Shown piece by piece: positions 1 to 12,345 of a stretch of DNA of 64,000 bases. Location: assembly GCA_976226885.1 (NCBI GenBank), contig OZ320320.1, positions 37,324,001 through 37,388,000 of the forward strand, written 5' to 3'. The DNA is from Iphione sp. A-MEVVRFRX5 (lineage: Eukaryota). The position numbers and the translations under genes were made by a program. The notes under the pieces are model-generated. The model was not told where the DNA came from. It worked only from the letters and a program-made list of their open reading frames with translations, and searched no databases. Position 1 is the stretch's first letter. Every line of letters starts with the position of its first letter.

Positions 1-1812
1 CTGGGTAAAAGCCCAGAGGATTCCTACTGTGCATTATGTTGAGATTAACCGCACGTATAAGAAAGCGCATTCAGTGTTTCCTTGATATTAAAAAAGAAGC
101 TTTTTTTACGATATTTCCATGCACTTTCCCATAAAGTTAACAGACGTCTGAACATTTAGTAGCGTGTATGCATGTTGGAGTGAAAATGTGTTGGTGCGTC
201 AGTGTAAAATGGCGGATGGAGGCCACAGATAACCATGAAAATCACCTCCAGTCATCGGGGAGGAATTAGGCTCCATCGACGTATGCGCGCGCTGTGGAAA
301 CGGACGGCATTTGGAGGGTGGAAAAATCAAACACGGAAATGAGTGTTTCGGAACCCAGAATGTCAATCACACCCCTTGTCAGCATTGATTCAGCCCACTA
401 CTTCTAAAGGGAGCTAGCGTCGACGAACCATGGTTTTCAGTTTCATCTTGTGGTCGCCCCAGTATTTATACTCTCTCTCTGCCTCTCTGTGCCTATTTTC
501 CCTGGCTCTCATTTGTGTTACGACGAGTATTGTACGTATTCCGAGCTGAATTGAATCGTCCGCGCCTCTAAATCCTAAGTACATGTACTTCAATATTCGG
601 ACTAAATAGGCATCTAAAATTTCCAACGCATGTTTAAGTATATATTAGGCCCAATATGCCAAAAATCCGATCTAGACCTATTCTAAACTGAATAATGCGT
701 CCACTCAGTTGGTTTAGTAATGAATACATGATACATACAAGGGTAACGTTGCCGATAATAAGTTATCTTCATAAATGTTTAGGTTTGGATATTTGTGCGT
801 GTGTGTGTACTTGTGCGGGGGTACACATGCAAATGGAACCTTGTGAAACCAGTGGCACCGTACGTCGATTCCTCGTAACTAAATCACCTTCAGCTCTGGA
901 GAGAAATTCGGTGCGGAGAGAAAAATCAGACCCGAATCCCTGGGCTCACTAGGAGAACCTCCCCAATGCCCTGCACGCCAAGTCGAGTAAATTCGTCTCT
1001 CAATTTTTCGATGAAACTTTCCTACATTTGAATCAATGAACTCTGTGTTTGCTAATGACAGGTTTCACCCTCTCCTGACTGGTGTTGTAACCATCTATTG
1101 CGGCTGTTAAGGTTCCTCGCGCTTCTACATGTGTTTCTGTAAATGTCAGAGTGACATCTCAAATTGGAGCTTATTAAGCTCCATTTTAGCTCTGACTGAC
1201 TGCACTTTGTTTCCTGTTTGTTTCCGCTATAGAGTGCCTCCTACGTTTTTCTGATATAATATGAAAAGCCTGATGGCTAAGACAGCGAATGGGTGCCTAA
1301 CCACATATCATACCACACTCTATACATACAGTCAATACTTTGTTGCGTTTCAAAAACAGTCAGCTTGCACTGTGCCAATTCATTTCGAATTGGATTATAA
1401 GTTTTGACTGTAAATAGATATACATATAACTGATAAAAACATGTGTACCTGCTATAGGATTGTAGATAAATCGTCCCCACCTGCTGACCAAGACCTAAAC
1501 ATTGAGATCTGAAACTAAAGTTCTATATAATAAGATATGAAAAGCAATTGCTATATAAATATCTCATTATCAAGGTACAATCCGTGATAACCGTCTCGTT
1601 GCGATACGTGAGCGTAGGCTCTATACCATTAAAGAGGTGATTCCATACTGAACGACCTTAATGAAGGACAGTTAATCGTGGAAGGAGGCGAGGCCAAGGT
1701 GCGAAGAAGTCATTCAAGCCAAGGACACGTGAAACACTGCCCGCTCACCCAAGCCTCCTCCCCTTCCCACCTGGCCCTGATCAATCGTTCCCGATCCTTT
1801 TTTTGTGTGTGA

Positions 1813-1852
1813 GGGGGGGGGGGTCGGGAAGGGCGGGGTAGTGTAGGGGGGG
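1813..1852 (+). other. Canonical G-quadruplex-forming motif
   Basis: G11-tc-GGG-aa-GGG-c-GGGG-tagtgta-G7. Confidence 0.8.
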
Positions 1853-2855
1853 CAGCGGCTATTGCATTGGCGCCGAAATCGGAGCCGCTCTCAGTCTTTC
1901 TAACACGATCAAGTAGCTCGTCGTGATTCATCGCGCGTCCGATGGCGGCGCTCTTAATGTATGGCGGCCGGCTGGGCGAGCAGTGGTTACAAGGCTCATT
2001 GACGGATCCACCGCCAGAGGGAGGGACGCACACCCTCCCAACAGAGGGGCATACGCGCGTATAGATACTCGCATTTACAGAGTTGCACAGAGACACAAGC
2101 TGACGCCTTTCTTTACATAGACTTACACAAATAATGTTCTGCTGCGCACAGAACGACACGTACCGACACCTTGCTAGACTGTGTCTGACCATTGTCAACA
2201 CCGATGAAATAGGTATTATTTGCGCACACAGAAAAGGCAATATAAAAACAGTAAAGCTGCAAAATATGAACTATTTGACACACTGACGTATGACAAAGTG
2301 GCAAGTTTCATATAGGCTGCTCACATCCATCGCCGCGAAAGAAAAAGAGGGAAAGGAAATACAACAATTGTCGAGATCCGCATACAGGCATGGGAATGAA
2401 GCAACGAATATGGGAGGAACCTCACACGCGCCCAGATTATTCAAAAGTTATAACATTTTTTTTGTTGTCAAGGGAAGTTTGAAGTAGGCTGTACATCCAA
2501 CCAGTAGCGACAACTAGTCCTGTTTAGTCTGCCATATGTACTGTTCTCCTCCCAAGGAGACAGTAACAGAAGACACACGTCGCCATGGGTATGGAGGCTC
2601 GGGCACGTGCACGTGCGTACACCCACACGTACACACTCGTTCTCTACGCCTCACTAAGTATGGAGGGACCATGGATACTCCCTCTCCCCTAGTGGCTCGT
2701 CTGATGGTCTCTCCATAACGTCTTTGGAAGTTGAGGTGTCTCTCCATTTAGCCGCCGACGACATTTCCCTCTTGTTCCTAAAAGCCCGACCTTGTTGCAA
2801 TTCATTACAGCAGCGCGTATACTCTTGCTGCCAGATATAAAATATTCATGAGATA

Positions 2856-2895
2856 CACTCCCGGGCGCTGAACTGCACTCCCGGGCGCTGAGCTG
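2856..2895. repeat. 20-nt tandem duplication
   Basis: cactcccgggcgctgaactg followed by cactcccgggcgctgagctg (1 mismatch). Confidence 0.95.
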
Positions 2896-5800
2896 TTGTT
2901 TCTTCGTGCAGCCATAATAATCTATTAATACGTTGACCCTGGACAATATGTTGCAGCTTTTTCCAGGTATGCGACTTGTCCCTGCGGCGGCACGTCGTGC
3001 ATAAAATTTACATGGCTCCCCTGACCTTTTAAAGCAGGTGGCGCTGATGTGAAGATAATTGGGAAGACCACTAGACTTTTGGGCCGACCAGACAGCTGGA
3101 ACATAATCACGAGTCTAGTCGCGGAGATTGGTGGCCAACTTGCCCTTGTAAAGTCACCCAGACACACGTGCACACACCATCGAAGGCGCACGCCCACACA
3201 CCTACACACGGAAGCACACATGTAGCAATTAAAAGAGCCGCCCCCGTCGCCATTATCCTTCTAATTCACACTGTTGTAGGCAATAGAGCTGACATAATAC
3301 ACCAATCTAACGGTGGAATTGACGTACAATTCGGCTCTGCGCGGCCCAACACAATGGCTCTTGCAGTGTGTGGCATGCAACAGAGACCTAAATGGAGGAA
3401 TTCATTTGTTGCGTTGAGGCAGAGGTACTTCGGCGGACAATTCATTATGGATCGACGAACTAATGCTACTCCTGTGGGCTTTGTTTGCAGGTCGGCGTAT
3501 GTAAAATTTTATCCATTTACAACCTGAGTACATAATTATGGAAATGTAGGAGGTTGCCATGAAACTGGTGCATGGAACCTAAACAATGCCTTGGCAATTA
3601 GGAGCATTTATACTACATGTAATAACTGCAAGACCTTCAGCTGATGATAGGGAGTTGTTACTCTCCTTATTTAGGTACATCTGTACCATATTATTCGTAT
3701 CTAAGAGATCGTTCTCTACCAAAAAATGTACATACATGCCTATGTATTTATCGTGATTAGACCCAAAGACGCAAATCCGATTATTTTCTATCAATGAGTA
3801 CTTTCAATTAGAAAGGTATTTTTCGATGGATTTCCCTTTAAGCAGTGGTCGTCACGATTTCAATGGTGTACATATTTCAAAAAAGGACTACTCTTACAGA
3901 ACTTCAGGAAACAAATCCTGACAACGTATGAGAGCCTAGAGTTTCTTTATTAGCGCGGCAGTGAAGTTGCATTTTTATTCTGTTCTTTGTCAGATTACAA
4001 ACAATTGAAATATTACCATTGGGAGTGCTTTTCATTATGTATAAAAGGACAGATTCATATAACGCATACAAATTGGACATAACTTTTCGATGTACAGCTT
4101 AAAACAAAAAGGTGACATGAAAAGTTTCAGAGAGAGGGTCACATGGGATTTTTTTTCTTTCCTGCAAACACTTCCATAGATCAAGGACTGTATTGGCCAA
4201 CTGTAGGGGTCATTTATTCACATAAATAGATTATCCTCTTGACTAGTTTTTTTTCACCCTTCCAAAAATATTACACATAATATAGCATTTAATATACAGA
4301 TTTAGTGGGGTACAAATACCTCTACAAACATAGATATGTTCATTATTAATGAATGTGCTAATTGTACATGCTGACCAACTCAAATAACTGCTTGTCCATG
4401 AGGGTAACTATTCACTTGCTCACCTGATCCTTTTCATGAGACTTTTTCGAATACATATGTTGTTTATTTTTCACATGACATGACGTTATATATTCCTAGA
4501 TGTTCTACTTAGAATATAAGCGTGACCTAAAATTAAACCAAATGATAGAGGGATTTAGCTTTTTATCGCCTTGTCATCTCAGAGGATGATATTTTCTTCT
4601 ATTAATATAAAATGTGGACTCTGGTACGGGGGAAGTACAGGAGAGATCGCTGTCGGGGTTTGAAAACAAACTCGAGTGTTTGCCAGCTTCAGCGACGAGC
4701 ATCCATATGATACAGACGTGATCACGACAGCGAAACTTATCAACGCACCTTCCTTTTTTTTATACTGTCTATCGATGTATGGTTCGCTCCCTTTGCTGCG
4801 TTACTTTTGTTTCGTCTAAATATGAGTGGTTAGTCTCATACAGTTCTATTATTATTCCTGCGCTTACGTCCCAATAGGTAATTCTCATACGCAGTTTGAC
4901 AAGTGTTGACAGCCTGCAGACAGCATCCTCCCCGATGCTTTGCAGCGCACGTCTTACATTCCCTGGCGTTCTTACCGTATCGTTGTCGGGGGAGGAAATA
5001 TGGAACAGTCCCCTCTGACATCTTCTCACCATCCTTTCCGCACCGCTGGGGCCTCACCTCCAATGGCTATGGCCAACCGCACAGGGGGGCTTTTCACAAT
5101 ACGTCCATACCCAATGATTAGTACCGACGTGGCCGGCAGGGGGCGATAGGAACACCGGGGGCAGGTAGTTTCCGGTTCCATTCATCATGGAGGACGGCAT
5201 GCTGCAGCAGCGGTCCCTGGCGGTGGACACGCGACAACAATCCTTTCTGACAATTTCCCGCCTCCGCACAACAATGGGATTATGGCTGTTGTAACCTTGG
5301 CAGAAATCAAATCCGAATGATGGGATGAGGACCCGGCCCGTCCGCTCGTTCGCCTTTGTGCACTATTCCAATGGATTTGTACCCTGCTTCCTGTGTGGCT
5401 GCATTTGTTGGTTTTGTCTGGCGTCTGTAAAGTCCTCACCGACCCATATGTTCCGAGTGCAGCAGGAACATAGACGGAAACAACAGACCTCCGCCCACCG
5501 CCCACCAGTATGGCTATTCCATCCCCAGGACTTTGCTGAATTACAATCTGTCAGAGAAATAAATATTTATAATCACAAAAGGCTTTAGAAAAAATTAAAC
5601 CGATACCTAGGATGAAGTGGAAGTTGCGCGCCCGTGACGCTGACCAAAGAAGAAACATGTAGTATTAATTCTGGGGTTTGGGGATCTGGCTTATTTTACA
5701 GTACATTGTATATACCCTGCAAAATACCCTCACTTCTTTGAAAACCCTTCTCATCTTTCCTCCATTCACACACTAGTATCATTACTATTTCAAAGGTTCG

Positions 5801-6200
5801 ATATGTGCACATATGAACGTATGGATCTGGCTAAATATTTACTGAGATAATAACGTTAGCCTAGTGAATACAGTGTATTGACATCAAGTAAGAGTCATAT
5901 TATCATACTACATATGTAATGTTTACAATATGAACACTGTTGACAGATATATTATGTATAATATTCACCTCAGGGAAAATCCTGGGACAACACATGTTTA
6001 ACAAGATTGACTCAGCTCAAAGCACAATAAACACCTAACAAGTAGGAATGATACAACCAGTGTGAAGGATGTTTTATTCCAGCCTTGTGCTGGGATACAG
6101 TGAGCTTACTGACCTCTAGTGGGGAGTATGGTAAACAAGTGTGTACCAACACTGTTGGTATGCGAAAGAAAATAGTTCCACATACCAAAAATATGTCAAT

Positions 6201-6390
6201 TATTTAAATGTCAAGGCTAGAATAAAGACAAAACCAGTACAGTGAGCTATGGATGACGCCAAATACTTGTTCAGGTAGCATTATCATACCAAACTCGGCC
6301 TTCCGGCCTCGTTTGGTATTCATGCTACCTGAACTTGTATTTGGCTTCATCCAAGCACACTGTACCAGTTTTGTCTAATTACTTTAAATA
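6201..6390. mobile_element. Fold-back (hairpin) non-autonomous element, arms about 75-95 nt around a 4-nt TTCC loop
   Basis: Left arm agacaaaaccagtacagtgagctatggatgacgccaaatacttgttcaggtagcattatcataccaaactcggcc is the near reverse complement of right arm ggcctcgtttggtattcatgctacctgaacttgtatttggcttcatccaagcacactgtaccagttttgtct. The outer tatttaaa/tttaaata also pair. The inverted repeat is certain; mobility is inferred. Confidence 0.75.
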
Positions 6391-8329
6391 TCTGTACTAA
6401 GAGCAGCAGGTACAGTATCCTTTCTAGATGATATTGTTACAAGGTCATCCTCGTTCGGTTCTCTGGGTGCAAGCGTTACTGCATATAGGATGGGTTGGAT
6501 TGATCTAATCACTTTTGCGATTATTTGCGTTTGTTTTTCTGGCGTGGGCAAAGAGTACATCTTTCATGTGACCAGAACTGAGGATGATGGAAAAACGTTA
6601 GAATTATTGTGAAGAATCGCGGTTAGAAGAAATGCACTTGACTAACATTATGCAGCCCCTCAGAACGCTTCATCTTTATAGGATTGCTGTATGTTGTATT
6701 TAAGTATTTGACCAGTAAGAACAGCCCTAGGCTTGGGTAGGTCTCCCCCTTGGTGCTTTTCATTCCTTTGGCAGTCCGGCCTCTTTGCACAGTGACCCTG
6801 TGCTACTTTTAGAGGCCATGGCCTTAGGCCCCAATAAAGAGGCGTTCAAATGATAAGCAGGCTCTTATATCTGGACGGCAGCCTGCTGTCCCCCGTGCCC
6901 CCTCCCTCCCCTCCTACTCTCCAGCCCAGGCGTCTTTCCCACTGCCGCCCCTGTCCCTACACAATGGTGGTTTTAATAAGACAAAAGGCCCGGTGAAATC
7001 AAGTGGAATATTACTCAGCTTACTGGACCGACTGCCTCAAAGACGATGATGAATGATGGCATAGGAAGAACCAACGAGGAGGAAAAAAATATAAAAAAGT
7101 GCGCTGACTTTTTGCAAGGGGAGGACGCTCTTCAATTCACGCGAATGCGAATGGCGGATATACATGTATTAGTCGGATATACGCCCCACTGCTGACAAAT
7201 GGGTAAGACTTGAATCATAACCATCAAATTAAGGATAAGGAATTCACTTCAACGAGTCTAGGGCCGGTGATTGTAACAATAGGTGACAAAGGTGTGATTT
7301 ACAGCTAAGACTATATAGACTTACATGCAGTCGTTTCTTCGTTATTTAATTTGAAATAGTTTTCTTTGCTTAAATCATTCGCTTTATTTCTTTGAATATG
7401 TGAACCTATAGAGATATAAAGGGCTCGGTGTGAGTATAACAAACGTAATGTCTCAAATGAATATGTTTAAAACATTCATTGTACGTTATAGCGTCTCGAT
7501 ATAAATAATACAGAAGTAGGTTCACCGATTAGAAATCTCCTATCATATAAGTAACCACTTGCTCGGCGAAATACCTATCTCTGCCTGAAGTATGAGAACA
7601 TTTGCTTTCTTTCAATACAAGACAGGAATACACAACAGCGCTGCCTGTCAAACCAACACCAACGGTGTCCTGACCATACGGTGAGTCTATAAAGGCCCGC
7701 TAAGGGGAGCGCAAAGCGCCGGCTGTTTGCAATCGTTACATTCCGGTAGGTAGGCCCGGTTAGGATATTGTTGGGTATGTGAAGGTCGCACCCGGTGCAC
7801 CTGTGGCTCCCCCGTGGGAAGGAAAGACAGCTTCCGTTTCGATCCGAGGTCGCAACCTCTCATACAGATGGGTACATCTGGGTACAGACATATTCACAAG
7901 GAGAAACACCACCATATCAACACGAACACACACGAACACATCTGACACTCACACAACATAATATCACAGTAAATGCTCCCATTTTCTTGTAGAGACAGAT
8001 ACCGACGACTTTCTTCAATATATCCAGACATACACACACACTCACACATACAAGAAGATTTATAGCCCAGATGTCTACCGACTTCTGATTCTGGCAACTT
8101 CACATATATTTACACATGCATACATCCACCGCACCTCCATGGTCGGTAAAATGTGTGGGGCAGTGGGAGGTCAATGGGCCCTGCCTGACCCATCCCTACT
8201 TCTATCATGCCAATTACCCTTGTTTCCTATATGACACACTCGAGAGACATGCAATCGATCGACTTAATTCGATACGTCCACGACAGCCCTTCTCGTTCAA
8301 ACCCTCTTCACAGGCCTGCCCCTTCGCAC

Positions 8330-9130
8330 AAATGTCCGGTGTCCAAGTCTTTCTATTTGGATCTCTCTCATCTAACATCTTTTAGTGTGATCCCTTTCAT
8401 TCAGTCTCACTCTTCATTCTTCTTGTTTATTCTTCTCTTGTTGTTCTCTCCATCATTCGCCCCAGGCATATTGCTGGTCTGGTTTTCTGTCTGTATGCTT
8501 GTTTCACTTTCTCTCCCCCGTCGTCTCTGCGTGTGGTCAACTACAATTTCTAGGGCTCTGTGTTGGTCCGTCACTCTTTTCCCTAATTCTCATCTTTTTT
8601 GTATGTATTCTCGTCAACTCTCTCGTCGTTTTCTTTCGGATAGTTTGTCATTTTCTCGGTCTCCCTCTTCTCTGTGTATTCTATTTGTCCCTCCCTATAA
8701 CGGTATTTGACTGTTTATAGCTCGCTTCCTATACCCTGTATGTGTCTGTTCTCTCTAGCTTTGTCTCAGCTTGCATGTCTATCTCGCTCAAATCTCCTTC
8801 TGTCTGTCTCCTTTTTGCTCTCATAGATTCCTTTGCAGTTTAATTCATTTACGCGACCATCTGGGGTCCAACACAGGCACATACACACGGCTGCCCACAT
8901 TGCACCATCTATGCGGCAGAGAACCCATTTTTTGGTCTCTGTCACCACCATCGACGCTGCTTCTAATTTCAGTGGCGGCACAATAGATTTTGCCACTTCA
9001 TCGCAAATGAGAAGCCGTTTCCACCTAATCGATCACTTCCAATCCTCCAATCTTCTACATTTCTCGCTAGCCCCTTTCCATCTTCCTTTCCAAGCTCATA
9101 GTACGGCCGCCATCAAACCTCCCGCCCACC
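8330..9130 (+). repeat. Long pyrimidine-rich (CT) low-complexity tract
   Basis: The plus strand is dominated by C/T without a fixed repeat unit; this explains the F/S/L-rich spurious ORFs 8207-8710 and 8499-8720. Confidence 0.85.
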
Positions 9131-10015
9131 TCCATCCAAATGTGGACTCCTCCCGCCTCTGCAGATACATGGTGGCATTCTTACCTCTTCGTTCACATAC
9201 GCCTTGGGTTGCGGCCAATGATAACCGCGGCGAAAGAGTTTGGTTGAAGTATTGAAAATAATCTAATTCAAGTCACCAATAGACCGCCGTGGTTCATCGA
9301 ATTAATGCATTCATTTGCTCCTGTCAGTAGTATTTGAGACATATGTTAATGCATATGTTTTGATCATTCCCTGAATTAAAACCGAGCACAAATATTTTAT
9401 AGTATGCATATTATGCTATGGAGGTGGCTACATGCAGGTGGGCGATCATAATGATAGAATACTGGCTTGGCGCCAGCATGCTTTCCTTGGTCTAAATTAC
9501 ATAAATGATGCCCCTTAGTATAATGGGTATTGCTTTACGCGAATCCTACACCAGTGTGTGCATACTCTCCTTATGAGTATCTACAAGAACCATTTTGTAT
9601 TCTCTATGCTCTTCTGTGTCACTTTCCAAGTACATATGTATGTGTAGTGAACATATGTGTAAAAGGAAGGAATCATCTTGGTCTACACATCGTGGAACAT
9701 GTTTCACTCGCCTATGTAAAAACTGTAAATATACGTATATGTACTCTCCGCCTCATATGGACAGATATCTTTGTAACACGAATTTATATCATCGACTATA
9801 TATATTGCACATGTATTAATATGTTTATGCCCTATACAGCAGTTACTCTCCTAACGGTCACTTCTCGAAAGTAGTCAACTCTTGCAACGGTCAAATAGCC
9901 TTTGAACAGACTATTATCTTATACAAATTATATTGCCTCTTTCCATTGGTCATCTCTCCTAATGGTCATAAAAGTGGCTGAAATGGTAACTGCTGGGAAA
10001 TGCTGTCGTTGTATG

Positions 10016-10036
10016 TATATATATATATATATATAT
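10016..10036. repeat. (AT)n microsatellite
   Basis: Direct reading. Confidence 0.95.
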
Positions 10037-11056
10037 CATACATGGTTAAAGTAGTTAGACTGTGTCAGTAAATTTCTCATTACCCATTCATTCCCTTATT
10101 TCTTACCATCAGATAGAAAGTATCGTCCTCGTGGTCTCTAAAGACGTCTTGCCCAATGGCCTAAACGTCTCATTCCCTAGCATCTCCCAAGAATATGATA
10201 CATATAGTGTATTCCTTTTTGAAGTATAGCGAAGTGCGTAATTCCGAGCAACGAAATAAAAAAGTCATTGTTCATGACAAAGGAATGGCTCGGAACGAAG
10301 AGCCGGTCCCCAAAAAGTACTTCAGGCTCTATCAATACATCAGAAAGAGTTCACCCGGGGGAGCAAGAAGTCGAGCGAGGCAGGGGGAGATGGCAGGCCA
10401 CATACGACATACATGTAGGTACATAATGGGGACCGGTTCGATAATGCGTTGTTCTACATTCGTGAATCATTGCATGGTGGTCTTTGGTTTAGATGGGATT
10501 CAGCGCAAAAGCAGAAAATAAACTCTCAACATCTATACAGTATTGCCATCCATGTGTGAAAGAGCTTAGTAAACAAATTGATTCAAATAATTTTATTTTT
10601 ATCTTATAACAACCAAGTTTGTTGATATTGTACAAGACACAAGTAATTTGTAAAAAAAAATCAATCTAGTTCATTTGTACACATTTAGTAAGTGTATTCA
10701 ATTGTGGAATCGGTGGATGTAGAAGGGAAAAAAACTGATTCCCCTCGGCCGCAGTAACGAATTAGGCTGCGTATTTTCTATAAGATAAATACACCCCCAA
10801 TGAGAACATGGATACACACAAGCACACGCACATATATATGTGCAAACTACACTTTCTGATGATGAGTACTATGAATACTAGACAGAGAGTCAGATTTCGA
10901 CGCGCGGCGTTGAGAGTCCCGCCTGATAAGTTACTATCTAGAAAACTTTTCATGGCAGCGAAGACACTGGTTCATCCACCCACAGCATTTTATACAGAAA
11001 GGATGGTCCCATTATCCTGGGGAAGGCCTTTCAAGTTGGGTATTGAAGATACTGCC

Positions 11057-11078
11057 ATATATATATATATATATATAT
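11057..11078. repeat. (AT)n microsatellite
   Basis: Direct reading. Confidence 0.95.
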
Positions 11079-11984
11079 CCAGATATCCATACCGAGTAAA
11101 TATATTTTTTCTTATGACAGAATGATGAAAACCTCATTTTATGCTTAGACTGGGGAGACTGGATTCATTCTTAACTGGTGTGGGTCAACCGATTTATCTT
11201 CCATCTAATAAAGATGGTAGCGGCTACCCATAGCAAGGAATAGCTCATGATGCTTATTAAAATATATGACTCTGTGTACGTGTGTTTTGAGGAGGAGTAA
11301 GTTTAACAGATTGAAATTACTTGCTAAAATGCCACATCTTTCCTTCGATTCAGTCCCCGAAAGAGCTTACTCCACAAGGAAAGGTCTTTGTAGCATTTGC
11401 GGATTTATGCTATTCGTATTCTATTCTGAGTTTCTTTTATGTACAGTTAATAATATCTTTTTCCAAACGAATCTATTAAAAGTAAAATATGCCTTGAATA
11501 TTTTCTACTGTTAATTCCATGACGACTTCTGGCACGAATTCTTACAGGTTGGTTGGAATAGTTAGGGCCATGGAGAAGGTCAGCACTAATAAACAGATCT
11601 GCATCTCCTAATCTTTAATGGATTGGGCCTAGACAGCCAGTTTGCTATTCGGGGGCGTTCGTTCATTTTCATTCGTTTACTGTTTCGTGTGACAGGAAGT
11701 GGCCAGTGGTTGCCCTGTCCGCTAGAGGTGGCAGCTTGTCTGGGCGGTTTACCAACGCGCTGTTGTGAAAGTCAGAATGATGCCCTTTCGGACGTCTCAG
11801 ACCTTACAAACCTCTCTATAAAGACTACTGACGTGGTCATGGAATGGTAGCGATAAGCATCCTGAACAAGACGGACAATGGGAGTGAATATTCATTCCAT
11901 ATGTTTTTCCTGAGCGTCATCAGGATATCAGCCCGTGATTCACTTCGTCATTATTTGAACGGTACTTACCAGAACCGCAGAACT

Positions 11985-12345
11985 TATGAATAAAGAGGGA
12001 CAAAGATCAAAACAGAGAGACCGTAAGTTGATTTATAAATGAAGAGAGAAGAGAAATCCCTAAGGCGAGCGAATATTTGACAAGTTAAATGCCCCGGAAA
12101 ACATTTACGATTTTGGGAACGTGCAGAGAAATTGCATTTCGAGAGCGGGCAAGACGAGGAATTCTGTATGGGAATGACTTGAAATCAAAGGAGCGGAGAG
12201 AAAAAAAATCACAGAAAGTGCAAAAAAAGACAGTTGGATTTATGTTGCAGCAAAGAACAATGAATCATGACAAAGACAAAGGTACGAGTTACGAAGAAAA
12301 CGTTTCAGGGACTCACACAAACAAAAGAAACGCAATCTACTGAGC
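11985..12345 (+). repeat. Purine-rich (A/G) low-complexity tract
   Basis: Plus strand strongly A/G-biased. Confidence 0.8.

Noticed and set aside
199-236. Inr-like TCAGT plus YY1-like AAAATGGCGG as a plus-strand gene start
   Set aside because: The ORF closes after 7 codons (MADGGHR*) with no donor; the motif alone is insufficient.
1710-2240. 176-aa ORF and other 100-180-aa ORFs in GC islands or low-complexity tracts (e.g. 8207-8710, 14488-14901, 17872-18333, 49412-49942, 59024-59479)
   Set aside because: Explained by stop-poor composition (GC-rich or CT/GA-biased); no domains or consistent splice signals.
11970-11982. 13-nt micro-exon with a perfect donor after a long gene-strand polypyrimidine tract
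   Set aside because: The acceptor is AAG, the length is frameshifting and the peptide is uninformative; not supportable without reads.
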